Positions 9,056-21,619 of a DNA stretch of 64,000 nucleotides are shown in pieces (positions within the stretch are counted from its first letter, which is position 1; each line of letters opens with the position of its first letter). The notes beneath the pieces are model-generated. The model saw nothing but the letters and a program-made list of their open reading frames with translations. It was not told the origin of the DNA and searched no databases. The translations under genes were made by a program, and so were the position numbers. This stretch comes from Candidatus Zipacnadia bacterium (GTDB lineage: Bacteria > Armatimonadota > Zipacnadia > Zipacnadales > Zipacnadaceae), in assembly GCA_029820565.1 (NCBI GenBank), contig JALGUR010000003.1, positions 3,304 through 67,303 on the forward strand, written 5' to 3'.

Positions 9056-10495
9056 TCAATATGTAGCGCCCGAAGTTGCCCCTAATTCCCCACACTCTAC
9101 CTCAAAAAAGCGGCCCAAGTCTTCCTGGACCTGTTCAGGCACAGGAGAGTCAAAATCCACTACCATCTCTTCTAATCTTGCGTGGGCTCGCTCGAGCAGG
9201 GAAGGCTCTTCACCAGCGCCCCCGGAATAGTCCAGAAACTCGCTGGCGAAGAACTGCCCAGCGCGAAGCAACTCCATCGTTAGATCGTCGGCAAGGAAGT
9301 GGCTACCCGCACCAACTCGCTTGATGCTTTCCGCTCCGAGCCGAACGTCCTCAGTATTGATCCCTCCACTCAGAAACGCCACGACCTCTTGCCAGATGGT
9401 GTGGATTATCATTAACTCTCCTGACATTCCGATAGCATTATACCCAGAACCAATTCCCGTAAAGAAGTCCGGTGCCAACGAATGGGCGACCAACATGTGA
9501 AGGATTCCCTCGGCCCCGGTCTGCAGATCATAGCGATAGGTCATGGCACCACCACATCCCACGCCCACCGGCATGCCGTAGGAGCGTCCTAATTGAACCG
9601 AGGTGATGCTCCACGGTATTGTGTTCAGACTATAGTACAGCGCCTCCACAGACCGCATATCTGCTACCGAGGCCCCAAAACCGTAAATGCAGGGGGCGCC
9701 CGGTTTGATAATCTGCGCAAGTGCAGCCAGGAAGACGACCTCAACGTTGCCCAGAAGCATCGTGGCAGCTAAACTATATGGCGATGTGCTGCCCGCCACT
9801 GGACAAACTGTTGGAAACACAGCTAAGTTATGATTACACGCGCCCATCAGAAGTTCGCTATTGAGTTCGGAGAGAACCAGCGGCGAAATCACGGCAACCG
9901 CCACGCTCATCAGTCTACTATTCCCCAATTCTCTGCCTTGCGCCCGTATCTCGTCAATCCGTAACCATCGCTGAAAACTGGCGCTCGAACTAGGCATAGC
10001 GAGAACGTGCTTATTGTGGTGCAGGAGGTGCTCTTGCATTGCCCGCAGGTTAGACGTGGGCCCCTCAACATCGGTGACAGGAAAATCCATCAGGCTTATG
10101 AAGGCTACCTGACTTAACTTCTGTGCGACAATGGTGTGCCGCCGTATGTCGCTTAACGTTGGCCGTCGTGGCTTCTGTGTCTCGTAGTCTATGATCCACG
10201 GATCGGTTACAATGGCGTGGTAATGGTTGTTGTCTGGGCCGCCTATGACTCGCTCATTGCCATCCAAGTCAGCCATGGTGAAGGCGGACGGCACTTGCGA
10301 TAGGAGTTCTCCCAGCAACTCCGCTGGCAAGCGCACGGTTTCTGTAGCCTCGTCAACTTTCGCCCCCGCCTTACGGCACCGACGCCGCAGCCCCTCGTGC
10401 CCGACCTTGAAGCCGACGTTTTCCACAATGTCCTCGGTGGCCTGGCGAATCTGGTCAATCTGGCTTTCTGACAGTTCTCGGATGATGGTGTCCAT
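9056..10495 (-). CDS. Trimethylamine methyltransferase (MttB) superfamily protein, non-pyrrolysine type
   Basis: 479-aa uninterrupted ORF with no in-frame amber codon. The N-terminus LSESQIDQIRQATEDIVENVGFKV, the length and the overall pattern are typical of the MttB/MtgB family. Confidence 0.75.
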   Translation of the reverse strand: MDTIIRELSESQIDQIRQATEDIVENVGFKVGHEGLRRRCRKAGAKVDEATETVRLPAELLGELLSQVPSAFTMADLDGNERVIGGPDNNHYHAIVTDPWIIDYETQKPRRPTLSDIRRHTIVAQKLSQVAFISLMDFPVTDVEGPTSNLRAMQEHLLHHNKHVLAMPSSSASFQRWLRIDEIRAQGRELGNSRLMSVAVAVISPLVLSELNSELLMGACNHNLAVFPTVCPVAGSTSPYSLAATMLLGNVEVVFLAALAQIIKPGAPCIYGFGASVADMRSVEALYYSLNTIPWSITSVQLGRSYGMPVGVGCGGAMTYRYDLQTGAEGILHMLVAHSLAPDFFTGIGSGYNAIGMSGELMIIHTIWQEVVAFLSGGINTEDVRLGAESIKRVGAGSHFLADDLTMELLRAGQFFASEFLDYSGGAGEEPSLLERAHARLEEMVVDFDSPVPEQVQEDLGRFFEVECGELGATSGATY

Positions 10496-10538
10496 TCTGT
10501 TCTAACCAACTTCCATCTTTGCCAACACGCCGCCAGTC

Positions 10539-13306
<2,768 letters not shown>

Positions 13307-13440
13307 CTAGTTTCTGCGGCAGGGAAAAACCGGAGGCACGTACCACTCAAGGCTCGCGCCGCCCGAGTGACGCTACCATGTGTCGAATGGACAGATCAAT
13401 TCTCGTGGCCACCGAATGGCGAAAGCAGAGGAACTGCCCC

Positions 13441-13872
13441 TCACAATTTCGCGACTTCCGGGGTGAACCCTTCCGCCGGCGTGAGCACCTCGACCCGGCG
13501 GCCCTCGAACTCAATGACGCCGAAGTCGGGATCTTGCGGCCCCGAGACGTGTTCGGCCAACTCAGGCATGGCTTCCCACAGACGGCGCTTGTACTCTAGG
13601 GCTTCCACGATTTGGCAAGTCCCGCTCACTGTGGCGACTCGACTATAGTCCTCGTTGTGAAACATGAGTTGAGCCTGAGGATGAGCGGCGATCTGAGCCA
13701 GCTTGCGGGAGTTAGCGCTAGTGGCCATTGACACGGTCAGTGACTCGCCCAGCACGCAGCCGATCATCCAGCGGACCTGCGGCACGCCCGCCTGGTCCAC
13801 GGTCGCCAGCACGAACGGTCGCCCCGCCGTCGCCATCTCCTGTGCAGTGCGGATAATCTCTTCCTGAGTCAT
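13441..13872 (-). CDS. Pyridoxamine 5'-phosphate oxidase-family (FMN-binding split-barrel, general stress protein 26-like) protein
   Basis: 143-aa ORF. The pattern FVLATVDQAGVPQVRWM ... MATSANSRKLAQIAAHPQAQLMF ... VSGTCQIV is typical of this family. Confidence 0.6.
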   Translation of the reverse strand: MTQEEIIRTAQEMATAGRPFVLATVDQAGVPQVRWMIGCVLGESLTVSMATSANSRKLAQIAAHPQAQLMFHNEDYSRVATVSGTCQIVEALEYKRRLWEAMPELAEHVSGPQDPDFGVIEFEGRRVEVLTPAEGFTPEVAKL

Positions 13873-13937
13873 TTGGCGTCACTCCTAGCGGTATTAGTTG
13901 TCTCAACGCAGGCACGACAAGGTGATCAGTTGCCCCG

Positions 13938-16655
13938 CTACCGCGGGTGCTCTATCTGCGCCTGGGCGGCGGCCAGGCGGGCGATGGGCACCCGCAGCGG
14001 CGCACAACTCACATAGTCCAGGCCGATCCGGTGACAGAACTCCACCGAGGCCGGTTCGCCGCCATGTTCACCACAAATGCCTATTTCTAACGCAGCATTA
14101 GCCTGGCGGCCCAACTTTACCCCCATCTCCATCAACTTGCCCACACCATCCTGGTCAATGGACTCAAACGGGCTGACCGCGATGATGTGCTGGGTAACAT
14201 AGGCCGGAATGAATTTGCCCTCCACATCGTCGCGGCTGAAGCCGAAGGTCATCTGGGTGAGGTCATTGGTGCCGAAGGAGAAGAAGTCAGTCACCTGCGC
14301 AATCTCGTCAGCTACTAAACAGGCCCGTGGGATTTCAATCATAGTCCCAATCTTATACTCCAGTTCCACCCCGGTTTGCGTGATGACTTCCTCGGCTATC
14401 TGCTCGCTGTATTCTCTGATAATCTCCAACTCACCGACAATCCCCACTACCGGAATCATAACCTCGGGGATGGGGTTGTATCCTTCCTGCTTCAGTTGGC
14501 AAGCCGCCTGGAAGATAGCCCGTACCTGCATCCTATAAATCGTCGGGAAAGTCACTCCCAGTCGGCAGCCACGATGACCCAACATTGGATTGGCCTCATC
14601 CAGGCCTTCTACAATATCCTCAATCTCTGCGGCGCTCTTACCAGTCAATTCAGCCAGGACCTGTTGGTCCTCGGGATCATCGGGCAGGAATTCATGCAGC
14701 GGCGGATCCAGTAGCCGGATGATCACCGGCTTGTTATCCATCGCCTTCAGAATTCCGTAGAAATCCTCACGCTGATAGGGCAGCAACTCAGCCGCCGCCG
14801 CTTCCCGCTCCTCGGCGTTCTCGGCAATAACCATCCGCTGGAATGCGGGCAGGCGCTCTTCGCCAAAGAACATGTGCTCGGTGCGCGCCAGACCAATGCC
14901 CCCCGCCCCCAGCAGCACGGCCAGTTCTGCGTCACCGGGAGTGTCGGCATTGGTTTGCACGCCCAGACTGCGGCTCTCATCAGCCCAGGGCATAAACCGA
15001 GTGTAGTATTGGTAGACTTCGGTCTGCTGAGCCGCTTCATCGCCTTTCAGACCCAGGATGATGTCCGACTCAGTCGTGGGCACATCCCCCAACATCACTT
15101 CGCCGCTGGCCCCGTCTATGGAAACAAATTCCCCTTCTGCTACGACCTGGTCAGCCGCTACGAACTGTCCCTTGTCATAGTCAATCACCATCGCCGAACA
15201 CCCCACTACACACGGCTTGCCCATCATCCGTCCCACGATCGCTGCGTGCGACGTTTTCCCCCCCGTGGAGGTCAAAATGCCCTCGGCGGCGGCCATCCCC
15301 CGAATGTCCTCCGGCGAGGTCTCGTGGCGCACTAAAACCACTCGCTCCCCCTCCTCGGCAGCCGCCACTGCTTCCTCAGCGGTGAAAACCACCTTACCCG
15401 CCGCCGCTCCCGGCGAGGCATTCACCCCTACGGTCAGGTGCGGATATGTTGCACTGTCCTCCCGCGCTGCGGGATCGAACTGCGGGTGCAGCAGTTGGTC
15501 AAGCTGCTGCGGGGGCACCAACATCAGCGCCTCCTCCTGGGTAATGAGCCCCTCATCAAACAGGTCCACCGCGATCTTTACCGCCGCCAGTGCCGTGCGC
15601 TTTCCGTTGCGCGTCTGCAGCATCCACAGTTTGCCATTCTCAACGGTAAATTCCATATCTTGTACGTCGTGATAGAACTTCTCCAGCCGCTCGCAAATCC
15701 CCGAGAACTCCTGGTAAATCTCAGGCATCTTCTTGTCCAGTTCACTAATTGCCATTGGTGTACGAATCCCCGCTACTACGTCCTCACCCTGGGCGTTGAC
15801 CAGATAGTCACCGTATATCTCCTTCTTACCCGTCGCCGGATTGCGCGTGAAGGCAACCCCGGTGCCACTGTCCTCGCCCATATTCCCAAAGACCATAGTC
15901 TGAATATTCACCGCCGTGCCCAGGTCATGAGCAATCCGATTCAGTTCCCGATAAGCGATAGCCCGGTCGTTATTCCACGAACCAAATACCGCCCGGATGG
16001 TGGCAAACAACTGCTCTTGGGGGTCCACCGGGAATTCCTCGCCCAGTTGCTCCTCATATACCTGCTTCTCCAGCTCCACGACTGCCCGCAGGCCCGCCGC
16101 CGAGACTTCAATATCTTCTGTGACGCCTTCAAGCCTCTTAACTTCAGTCAGGCAGTCCTCAAATACTTCGCGGTCAATGCCCTTGACTACATCCCCGAAC
16201 ATCATCACAAATCGGCGGTAGGCATCCCACACAAACCGCTCGTCGCCGGTGACTCGTGCCATCTCTTCAGCCACCTCTTCACGCATCCCCAGATTCAGCA
16301 CGGTGTCCATCATCCCCGGCATGCTGAATTTGGCCCCGGAGCGCACCGAAACCAACAGCGGATTATCCGCATCCCCTAACCGCTTGCCCGTTTGCTCTTC
16401 CAGTTTATGCAGACTGTCCAATACCTCGTCTTCCAAGCCATCGGGGAATTGCCCGCCTGCTTCAACAAAGTCAATGCAGGTATCCGTAGTAATGGTAAAG
16501 CCCGGGGGTACGGGGATCCCCGCGTTGGTCATCAAGCACAGGTTAGCCCCCTTCCCACCGAGCAAGTCTCTCAACTCTCGGCCCTGGGCCTCAAGTTTCT
16601 TTTGTAGCGCCGCCATATCCTCATTGAACAGATAACATCGCTTCAGTTGTGCCAT
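13938..16655 (-). CDS. ppdK: Pyruvate, phosphate dikinase
   Basis: 905-aa ORF with GGKGANLCLM, the catalytic-His region TSTGGKTSHAAIVGR, and the PEP-utilizer C-terminal motifs FFSFGTNDLTQ and YVSCAP. Confidence 0.97.
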   Translation of the reverse strand: MAQLKRCYLFNEDMAALQKKLEAQGRELRDLLGGKGANLCLMTNAGIPVPPGFTITTDTCIDFVEAGGQFPDGLEDEVLDSLHKLEEQTGKRLGDADNPLLVSVRSGAKFSMPGMMDTVLNLGMREEVAEEMARVTGDERFVWDAYRRFVMMFGDVVKGIDREVFEDCLTEVKRLEGVTEDIEVSAAGLRAVVELEKQVYEEQLGEEFPVDPQEQLFATIRAVFGSWNNDRAIAYRELNRIAHDLGTAVNIQTMVFGNMGEDSGTGVAFTRNPATGKKEIYGDYLVNAQGEDVVAGIRTPMAISELDKKMPEIYQEFSGICERLEKFYHDVQDMEFTVENGKLWMLQTRNGKRTALAAVKIAVDLFDEGLITQEEALMLVPPQQLDQLLHPQFDPAAREDSATYPHLTVGVNASPGAAAGKVVFTAEEAVAAAEEGERVVLVRHETSPEDIRGMAAAEGILTSTGGKTSHAAIVGRMMGKPCVVGCSAMVIDYDKGQFVAADQVVAEGEFVSIDGASGEVMLGDVPTTESDIILGLKGDEAAQQTEVYQYYTRFMPWADESRSLGVQTNADTPGDAELAVLLGAGGIGLARTEHMFFGEERLPAFQRMVIAENAEEREAAAAELLPYQREDFYGILKAMDNKPVIIRLLDPPLHEFLPDDPEDQQVLAELTGKSAAEIEDIVEGLDEANPMLGHRGCRLGVTFPTIYRMQVRAIFQAACQLKQEGYNPIPEVMIPVVGIVGELEIIREYSEQIAEEVITQTGVELEYKIGTMIEIPRACLVADEIAQVTDFFSFGTNDLTQMTFGFSRDDVEGKFIPAYVTQHIIAVSPFESIDQDGVGKLMEMGVKLGRQANAALEIGICGEHGGEPASVEFCHRIGLDYVSCAPLRVPIARLAAAQAQIEHPR

Positions 16656-16831
16656 CAGTAGACCTCCTTGGTCATTCTAACTCCGATTATTCATCAACGG
16701 AAGTACGAACACGTCTTGTGGCCGCAAAACCGATTGCCAGGAGCCTCTTAATGGAGATTATTTGCCCCCTGTGAGGAATAACACTGTGCTATCTACCGTA
16801 CTATTCTACTTTGAAAGGTTTTGCCGGAAAG

Positions 16832-16872
16832 GTGCGGAAAAACCGGCTTTTTTCAAAAAGCGGGTTTTCCGC
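16832..16872. promoter_or_regulatory. Inverted repeat TGCGGAAAA-N23-TTTTCCGCA between the S4-domain gene and ppdK (candidate operator or terminator stem)
   Basis: The arms lie at 16832-16840 and 16864-16872. Related half-sites (TTGCCGGAAA at 16820-16829) are nearby. The repeat sits in the 256-nt ppdK upstream region. Confidence 0.3.
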
Positions 16873-16911
16873 AAAATCCGTTCATCAATTTTGGACACTA
16901 ACAATGCTCCT

Positions 16912-17187
16912 TCACCAATCTAAATCGGGTTCAATTTGCTCTGAATTCAGTAGTTCTGTGTAGCAGTCCCGTTCCTTCTTAGGCACCGGCCGCCGTGGCA
17001 ACTGCAGTATCCGGTAGCGCCGCACGCTCATACCCAGCCGCACAGTTATTTCCTGGCCTACTGCCACTTCAGTGCTGGGTTTAGCCGGCTGCCCCTCCAC
17101 CTCCACCAAACCTTCGTCACAGGCCCGCTTAGCCTGGGTACGCCGGGGAATGCAGCCCGAGTTGCGCAGAAAAACGTCAACCCGCAT
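16912..17187 (-). CDS. S4-domain RNA-binding protein (YabO/Hsp15-like)
   Basis: 91-aa ORF beginning MRVDVFLRNSGCIPRRTQAKRACDEGLVEV. It overlaps the mazG 3' end by 11 nt, mirroring the Bacillus yabN-yabO arrangement. Confidence 0.7.
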   Translation of the reverse strand: MRVDVFLRNSGCIPRRTQAKRACDEGLVEVEGQPAKPSTEVAVGQEITVRLGMSVRRYRILQLPRRPVPKKERDCYTELLNSEQIEPDLDW

Positions 17188-17962
17188 CGCCTTCAGAACT
17201 CTTCACCTGCTCCCACAACTCATCCATCTCGGCCAACGTCATCTCCTCCACACTACGCCCCTGCGCGGTAGCACGTTGTTCCACCGCCCGGAACCGCCCC
17301 TGAAACCGGTCGTTAGCCGCCCGTAGCGCCCTTTCTGCACTAACTTGCAAAAGTCGTGCCACATTCACTACTGCGATGAGCACATCGCCTATCTCCTCGC
17401 TGATGCGCTCCTGATTCTCGCTATCAACCGCTTCTTGTAACTCTTCTAATTCTTCGGTTATCTTCGCCCACGCCCCGCTGCTATCCTCCCAGTCAAAGCC
17501 CACCCGCGCGGCCTTCTCTTGCAGCCGATTAGCCCGCTGCAGCGCCGGCAGCCTCTTGGGCACACCATCCAGCACTGACTGCCGCCCCGCTCCCTCGCCC
17601 TTGCTTCGCTTCAACTGCTCCCACCGGCGCAGCACTTCCTCGGCACCAGAAACTGATGCCTCCCCAAATACATGAGGGTGACGATACACCAGTTTATCAT
17701 TTATCGCCCCCAGCACATCGCTAATATCAAATTCCCCATCCTCGCCGGCTATTTGAGCGTGCATCACTATATGCAGCAGCACATCACCCAACTCGGCGCA
17801 TAGTTGCTTCCAATCCCCCGTCTCAATCGCCTCCAGGGCCTCGTACACCTCCTCAACGAAGTACTGCTGCAAACTCTCGTGAGTCTGCTGGCGATCCCAG
17901 GGGCAGCCCTGCTCGCTTCGCAAGCGTCTTACTATTTCTACCAACCGGTCAAACTGCTGCAT
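17177..17962 (-). CDS. mazG: Nucleoside triphosphate pyrophosphohydrolase MazG
   Basis: 261-aa ORF with LRSEQGCPWDRQQTHESL, the EEVYEALEAI EExxE motif, and a second MazG repeat containing EELEELQEAV. Confidence 0.9.
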   Translation of the reverse strand: MQQFDRLVEIVRRLRSEQGCPWDRQQTHESLQQYFVEEVYEALEAIETGDWKQLCAELGDVLLHIVMHAQIAGEDGEFDISDVLGAINDKLVYRHPHVFGEASVSGAEEVLRRWEQLKRSKGEGAGRQSVLDGVPKRLPALQRANRLQEKAARVGFDWEDSSGAWAKITEELEELQEAVDSENQERISEEIGDVLIAVVNVARLLQVSAERALRAANDRFQGRFRAVEQRATAQGRSVEEMTLAEMDELWEQVKSSEGDAG

Positions 17963-18047
17963 TTAGCCCACCCTGTAGCGCTACGCAGCGACCGCCTCCT
18001 GCACGGTCGCTGACACTGCTACCTTATCCTACGCAGTCGCCTCACAC

Positions 18048-19058
18048 TTATTCGTCGGTATTCTCACTCTCCGTTGGACTCTCTTCCTCCGGGCCGAACG
18101 CTGGTATATCCTCCGGCGCCTGGTACAGTTCATTCAATCCCTGGAACTCCGGCGCCACAATACTGACTACCGCCTTCTGCCTCAGTCGGTTCACCAACTG
18201 ATCCACCGGCTCAGCCTGCGCCCGCTTGTAGTCTTCGGTCACCTGCTCCTTAACCTTCTCAAAAGTGCCCTTCTCCGCGGCCTTGCGCTCCTCAACTTTG
18301 ATGACATACCACTGCTCGTCGGCGTTTATCGGTTCGGATACTTCCCCTACCTTCACATCCTGTGCCGCCCACCGCAACTCCTCCGGGTACAGTTGTCCAA
18401 TGGGCGTCTCAGGCCGCTTGCCCCCATATTGGCGGGTGCCCGGACTAAGCGAATACTGCGTGGCCAGAGCCGCAAAATCCGCCTCTGCTCCCTTAGCCTC
18501 TTTGGCTACCTTCTCTGCCTCTTCCTTGCTGGACAGCACTATCTCCCGTATCACCACCCGTAGTGGCTTGTCATACCTGTCACTGTACTGCTCGTAAAAC
18601 TCCCTAATTCCCTTCTCGCTAACCGCCACATCTTTGCTTGCCAACATCTCCAACTTCATATTAAACTCCAGTTCCTCCTCCAGTTCCTCCACCGTAGTCC
18701 CCCGCGAATCCAGAAACTCAGCAAAGGCCTCCGGCGTCGGGAACCTGCCTTGCAACTCCGCTAACCGTTTGCTTGTCTCCCCCTCGGCCACCTGCAAACC
18801 CGACGCAGCAAATTCCTGCTCAACTAGCTCCCGGTCAACCATAGTGCGTAGGATCTGCTCACCCGCCGCCTTTTTCAGACGCGCCATGAACTCAGCCTCA
18901 CTAATCCGCTCGCCATTAACCACCCCCACCGGCTTCTGCCCACACCCACCCACCACCACCGCTAATATCATTCCTATTACGACCATATACGAAATTTTCT
19001 TATTCAACTTGCTGTAACTCCCTTCTACAATTACACCATCCCCGCCCCCCCCGCTCAT
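18048..19058 (-). CDS. Peptidyl-prolyl isomerase, PrsA/SurA-like (parvulin-type) lipoprotein
   Basis: 336-aa ORF with the lipobox AVVVGGC, a SurA-N-like chaperone region, and a PpiC-type segment (RVVIREIVLSSKEEAE ... QYSLSPGTRQYGG). The start is uncertain (19058 or 18986). Confidence 0.7.
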   Translation of the reverse strand: MSGGGGDGVIVEGSYSKLNKKISYMVVIGMILAVVVGGCGQKPVGVVNGERISEAEFMARLKKAAGEQILRTMVDRELVEQEFAASGLQVAEGETSKRLAELQGRFPTPEAFAEFLDSRGTTVEELEEELEFNMKLEMLASKDVAVSEKGIREFYEQYSDRYDKPLRVVIREIVLSSKEEAEKVAKEAKGAEADFAALATQYSLSPGTRQYGGKRPETPIGQLYPEELRWAAQDVKVGEVSEPINADEQWYVIKVEERKAAEKGTFEKVKEQVTEDYKRAQAEPVDQLVNRLRQKAVVSIVAPEFQGLNELYQAPEDIPAFGPEEESPTESENTDE

Positions 19059-19252
19059 ATATACCCTGATTATACCACAACCCCGCGCGAAAACAAAACA
19101 CCCGGCCCACTTTCTTTCTCTCGCCCTTTCCTTCTCCCACTCATGTACCTCTCCAGCGACGTATCGTAGGCTATCTAATGATAACGTCTCCCCACCTCCA
19201 CCACCAGCCCCGCATCAGACAATATGCTGAGTATACTCAGTATATTGTATAC

Positions 19253-20128
19253 CTATATAATATCCTCCGGAGTGATAGTGCTAACTAACCGCTCCAATTC
19301 TTCTTCGCTATGGTACTCTATCAGTATAGTCCCCCCATCATCACCCTTCACCTTAATCCTCACTCGAGTCGCCAACGTCTCCTGCAGCCGCTCCACCATA
19401 TCCGCCAAATAAGCATCAGTCTTCACTACAGGCGGCTCACCCTTTTCGCCCCGTCTTCTCCCCCCTTTTTCCCGCACCTCACGCACCAACGCCTCTGTCT
19501 CTCGCACAGTCATCTCTTTCTCCTCTACCTCTCGCCAGATATCATCCACCAGATCCAACGCCTCACCCAACCCAAGCAACGCCCGCCCATGCCCCTCGCT
19601 CAGTCGCCCTTCACCTAACGCAATCTGCACCTCTACCGGCAGTTGCAGCAAGCGCAAGGCATTCGCTACCGCGCTGCGGCTCTTCCCGACTCGCCCGGCC
19701 ACTTCCTCTTGTGTAAGACCGAATTCTTCAACCAACTGCCTATACCCGCGCGCCGCTTCAACGCACGACAGGTCCTCCCGCTGTATGTTCTCAACTAACG
19801 CCAACTCTAACGCCTCCTCATCCCCGATCTCCTGCACAATGCACGGCACCGTCTCCAACCCCACCTCTTGCGCCGCTCGCCAGCGTCGCTCCCCAATCAC
19901 TACCTGGTAGTCCTCTCCAAGCCGCCGCACTACCAACGGCTGCAGAATCCCCTGGGTGCGCACTGACTCACTCAGTTCTCGTAGCCCCTCCTGCGAAATC
20001 GGCCCCCGAGGCTGAAAGGGATTCGGCCGCAGCCGCTCTACGGACACCTCGATAACCGCCCGGCTTTGCGCTAATCCGTCCCCTGATATAAGTTGCCGTA
20101 AGCCTTTGCCCAAACTCGCTTTACGCAT
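19253..20128 (-). CDS. parB: Chromosome partitioning protein ParB/Spo0J
   Basis: MRKASLGKGLRQLI, PNPFQPR, GILQPLVVR, VIGERRWRAA and an HTH region. The ORF track extends to 20236, but the ATG at 20128 gives the canonical N-terminus and an 8-nt overlap with parA. Confidence 0.9.
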   Translation of the reverse strand: MRKASLGKGLRQLISGDGLAQSRAVIEVSVERLRPNPFQPRGPISQEGLRELSESVRTQGILQPLVVRRLGEDYQVVIGERRWRAAQEVGLETVPCIVQEIGDEEALELALVENIQREDLSCVEAARGYRQLVEEFGLTQEEVAGRVGKSRSAVANALRLLQLPVEVQIALGEGRLSEGHGRALLGLGEALDLVDDIWREVEEKEMTVRETEALVREVREKGGRRRGEKGEPPVVKTDAYLADMVERLQETLATRVRIKVKGDDGGTILIEYHSEEELERLVSTITPEDII

Positions 20129-20903
20129 CTGCAAACACCTCCTGATATAGCCGCCAGTATGCCCGACTGCCCGCGCAATTTCCATCATACATAACTGCCG
20201 GCACGCCATACGATGGCGCCTCCGCCAGTCGCACATTCCGCGGAATTACTGTTCGGAACACCCGTCCACTGAAATTCTCGCGCACCTCCGCCTCCACCTC
20301 ACCCGACAGATTCGTCCGCCTGTCGTACATAGTCAAAACCACCCCGGCGATCTCCAGGCCCGGATTGATCTGCGCCTGCACCAGATGCACGACCTCCAGA
20401 AGTTGACTTAGCCCCTCCAAGGCGTAGTACTCACACTGGATTGGGATTAACACCCGTTGCGCCGCCGCCAGACTGTTTATAGTGAGCAGTCCCAGTGACG
20501 GCGCAGTATCAATGAGAATCAAATCGTAACGTTCCTGGGCTCCCCGCAAAGCCTGGCGCAGTTTCGTCTCCCGGCCTATGGCGCTGGCCAGCGCCATATC
20601 CAGACCCGCCACGTTAATCGTCGCTGGCACCAGCCATAGATTGTCCACCGGCGTCGGAACCACTACATCCCCAAATTCGGCCGCCCCCGGGCTTCTGTCC
20701 GCCTGAGTCGTGAGCAAGTCGTACAGGCACTGGTCCAATATGCTCCGGTCTACACCCAATCCACTGGTAGCATTCCCTTGCGCGTCGCCGTCAACAACCA
20801 AAACTTTTTTCCCTCGCAACGCAGCACAAGCGGCCATATTCAGCGCAGTGGTGGTCTTTCCCACCCCCCCCTTCTGATTCACTATCGCATACGTCTCCGG
20901 CAT
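20121..20903 (-). CDS. parA: Chromosome partitioning ATPase ParA/Soj
   Basis: 260-aa ORF with the deviant Walker A NQKGGVGKTTT, followed by LVVDGDAQGNAT and ILIDTAPS. Confidence 0.92.
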   Translation of the reverse strand: MPETYAIVNQKGGVGKTTTALNMAACAALRGKKVLVVDGDAQGNATSGLGVDRSILDQCLYDLLTTQADRSPGAAEFGDVVVPTPVDNLWLVPATINVAGLDMALASAIGRETKLRQALRGAQERYDLILIDTAPSLGLLTINSLAAAQRVLIPIQCEYYALEGLSQLLEVVHLVQAQINPGLEIAGVVLTMYDRRTNLSGEVEAEVRENFSGRVFRTVIPRNVRLAEAPSYGVPAVMYDGNCAGSRAYWRLYQEVFADA

Positions 20904-20956
20904 TGCTCACCTCCTAACAACTTCAACTGGTGCCAATCACCGATACTTTTCACCCG

Positions 20957-21619
20957 CTATCCGACTCTTCTATATACTGATACTTGCAGGCCCGGCACCG
21001 CGGTGCCCCTTGTCCCTACCACCTCCACCTCAGACCCGGGCTTCCCATAACCCGTATCCCCGCATTGATGCCACGCCGCTATATAACCACCTTTCTGCAC
21101 GACGACGAGGCCCAGGCTCAATGCCGTCTCCGCGCTAGCCAGAGCCCGCATCACCACCATCTCGTAGCCATTTGCACGCTGTTCTCGTAGTTCGTGGATC
21201 TGCGCGCATATCACCTTGACATTACTTAGATCCAGCCGCCCAGATAGCAGTTGCACAAAATCCGCCGCTCGCTGGCGCCTATCAACCAAGTCTATTGGCA
21301 AGTCGGGCTGCAAAATGGCCAGGGCCAACCCTAACGCACCTGCCCCAGTGCCCAGATCAGCGCAGGTGGAGACAGTGCTCATATCAATTATGTCATAAAC
21401 AGTGAGTACTGGGGCTATCGCCTGTTGCCAGACCAGGGCAGGCGTATTGTACTTAGACAATCCAACTCGTGGTGCCTTAGTTGCTAACCACTGCACCAAC
21501 AGTTCCAGTGCCTGTTGCTGGCTACTGTGTAGTGACAGACCGCGGTGCATTGCTGCCGTCACAAAGTCAGTTAGAGTTGCCATGCTTGGCTTACGGTCCA
21601 AATGTTTCACGTGAAACAT
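20957..21619 (-). CDS. rsmG: 16S rRNA (guanine527-N7)-methyltransferase RsmG/GidB
   Basis: 220-aa ORF with the characteristic MFHVKHL start and the SAM motif DLGTGAGALGLALA. It lies upstream of parA-parB. Confidence 0.88.
   Translation of the reverse strand: MFHVKHLDRKPSMATLTDFVTAAMHRGLSLHSSQQQALELLVQWLATKAPRVGLSKYNTPALVWQQAIAPVLTVYDIIDMSTVSTCADLGTGAGALGLALAILQPDLPIDLVDRRQRAADFVQLLSGRLDLSNVKVICAQIHELREQRANGYEMVVMRALASAETALSLGLVVVQKGGYIAAWHQCGDTGYGKPGSEVEVVGTRGTAVPGLQVSVYRRVG
21603..21618. promoter_or_regulatory. parS centromere site
   Basis: TGTTTCACGTGAAACA is a perfect 16-bp palindrome identical to the canonical ParB-binding parS consensus. It forms codons 1-6 of rsmG (M-F-H-V-K-H). Confidence 0.85.

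Noticed and set aside
15438-16379. 313-aa ORF on the + strand
   Set aside because: It is antisense to ppdK and has no recognisable motifs. It is a high-GC shadow ORF.
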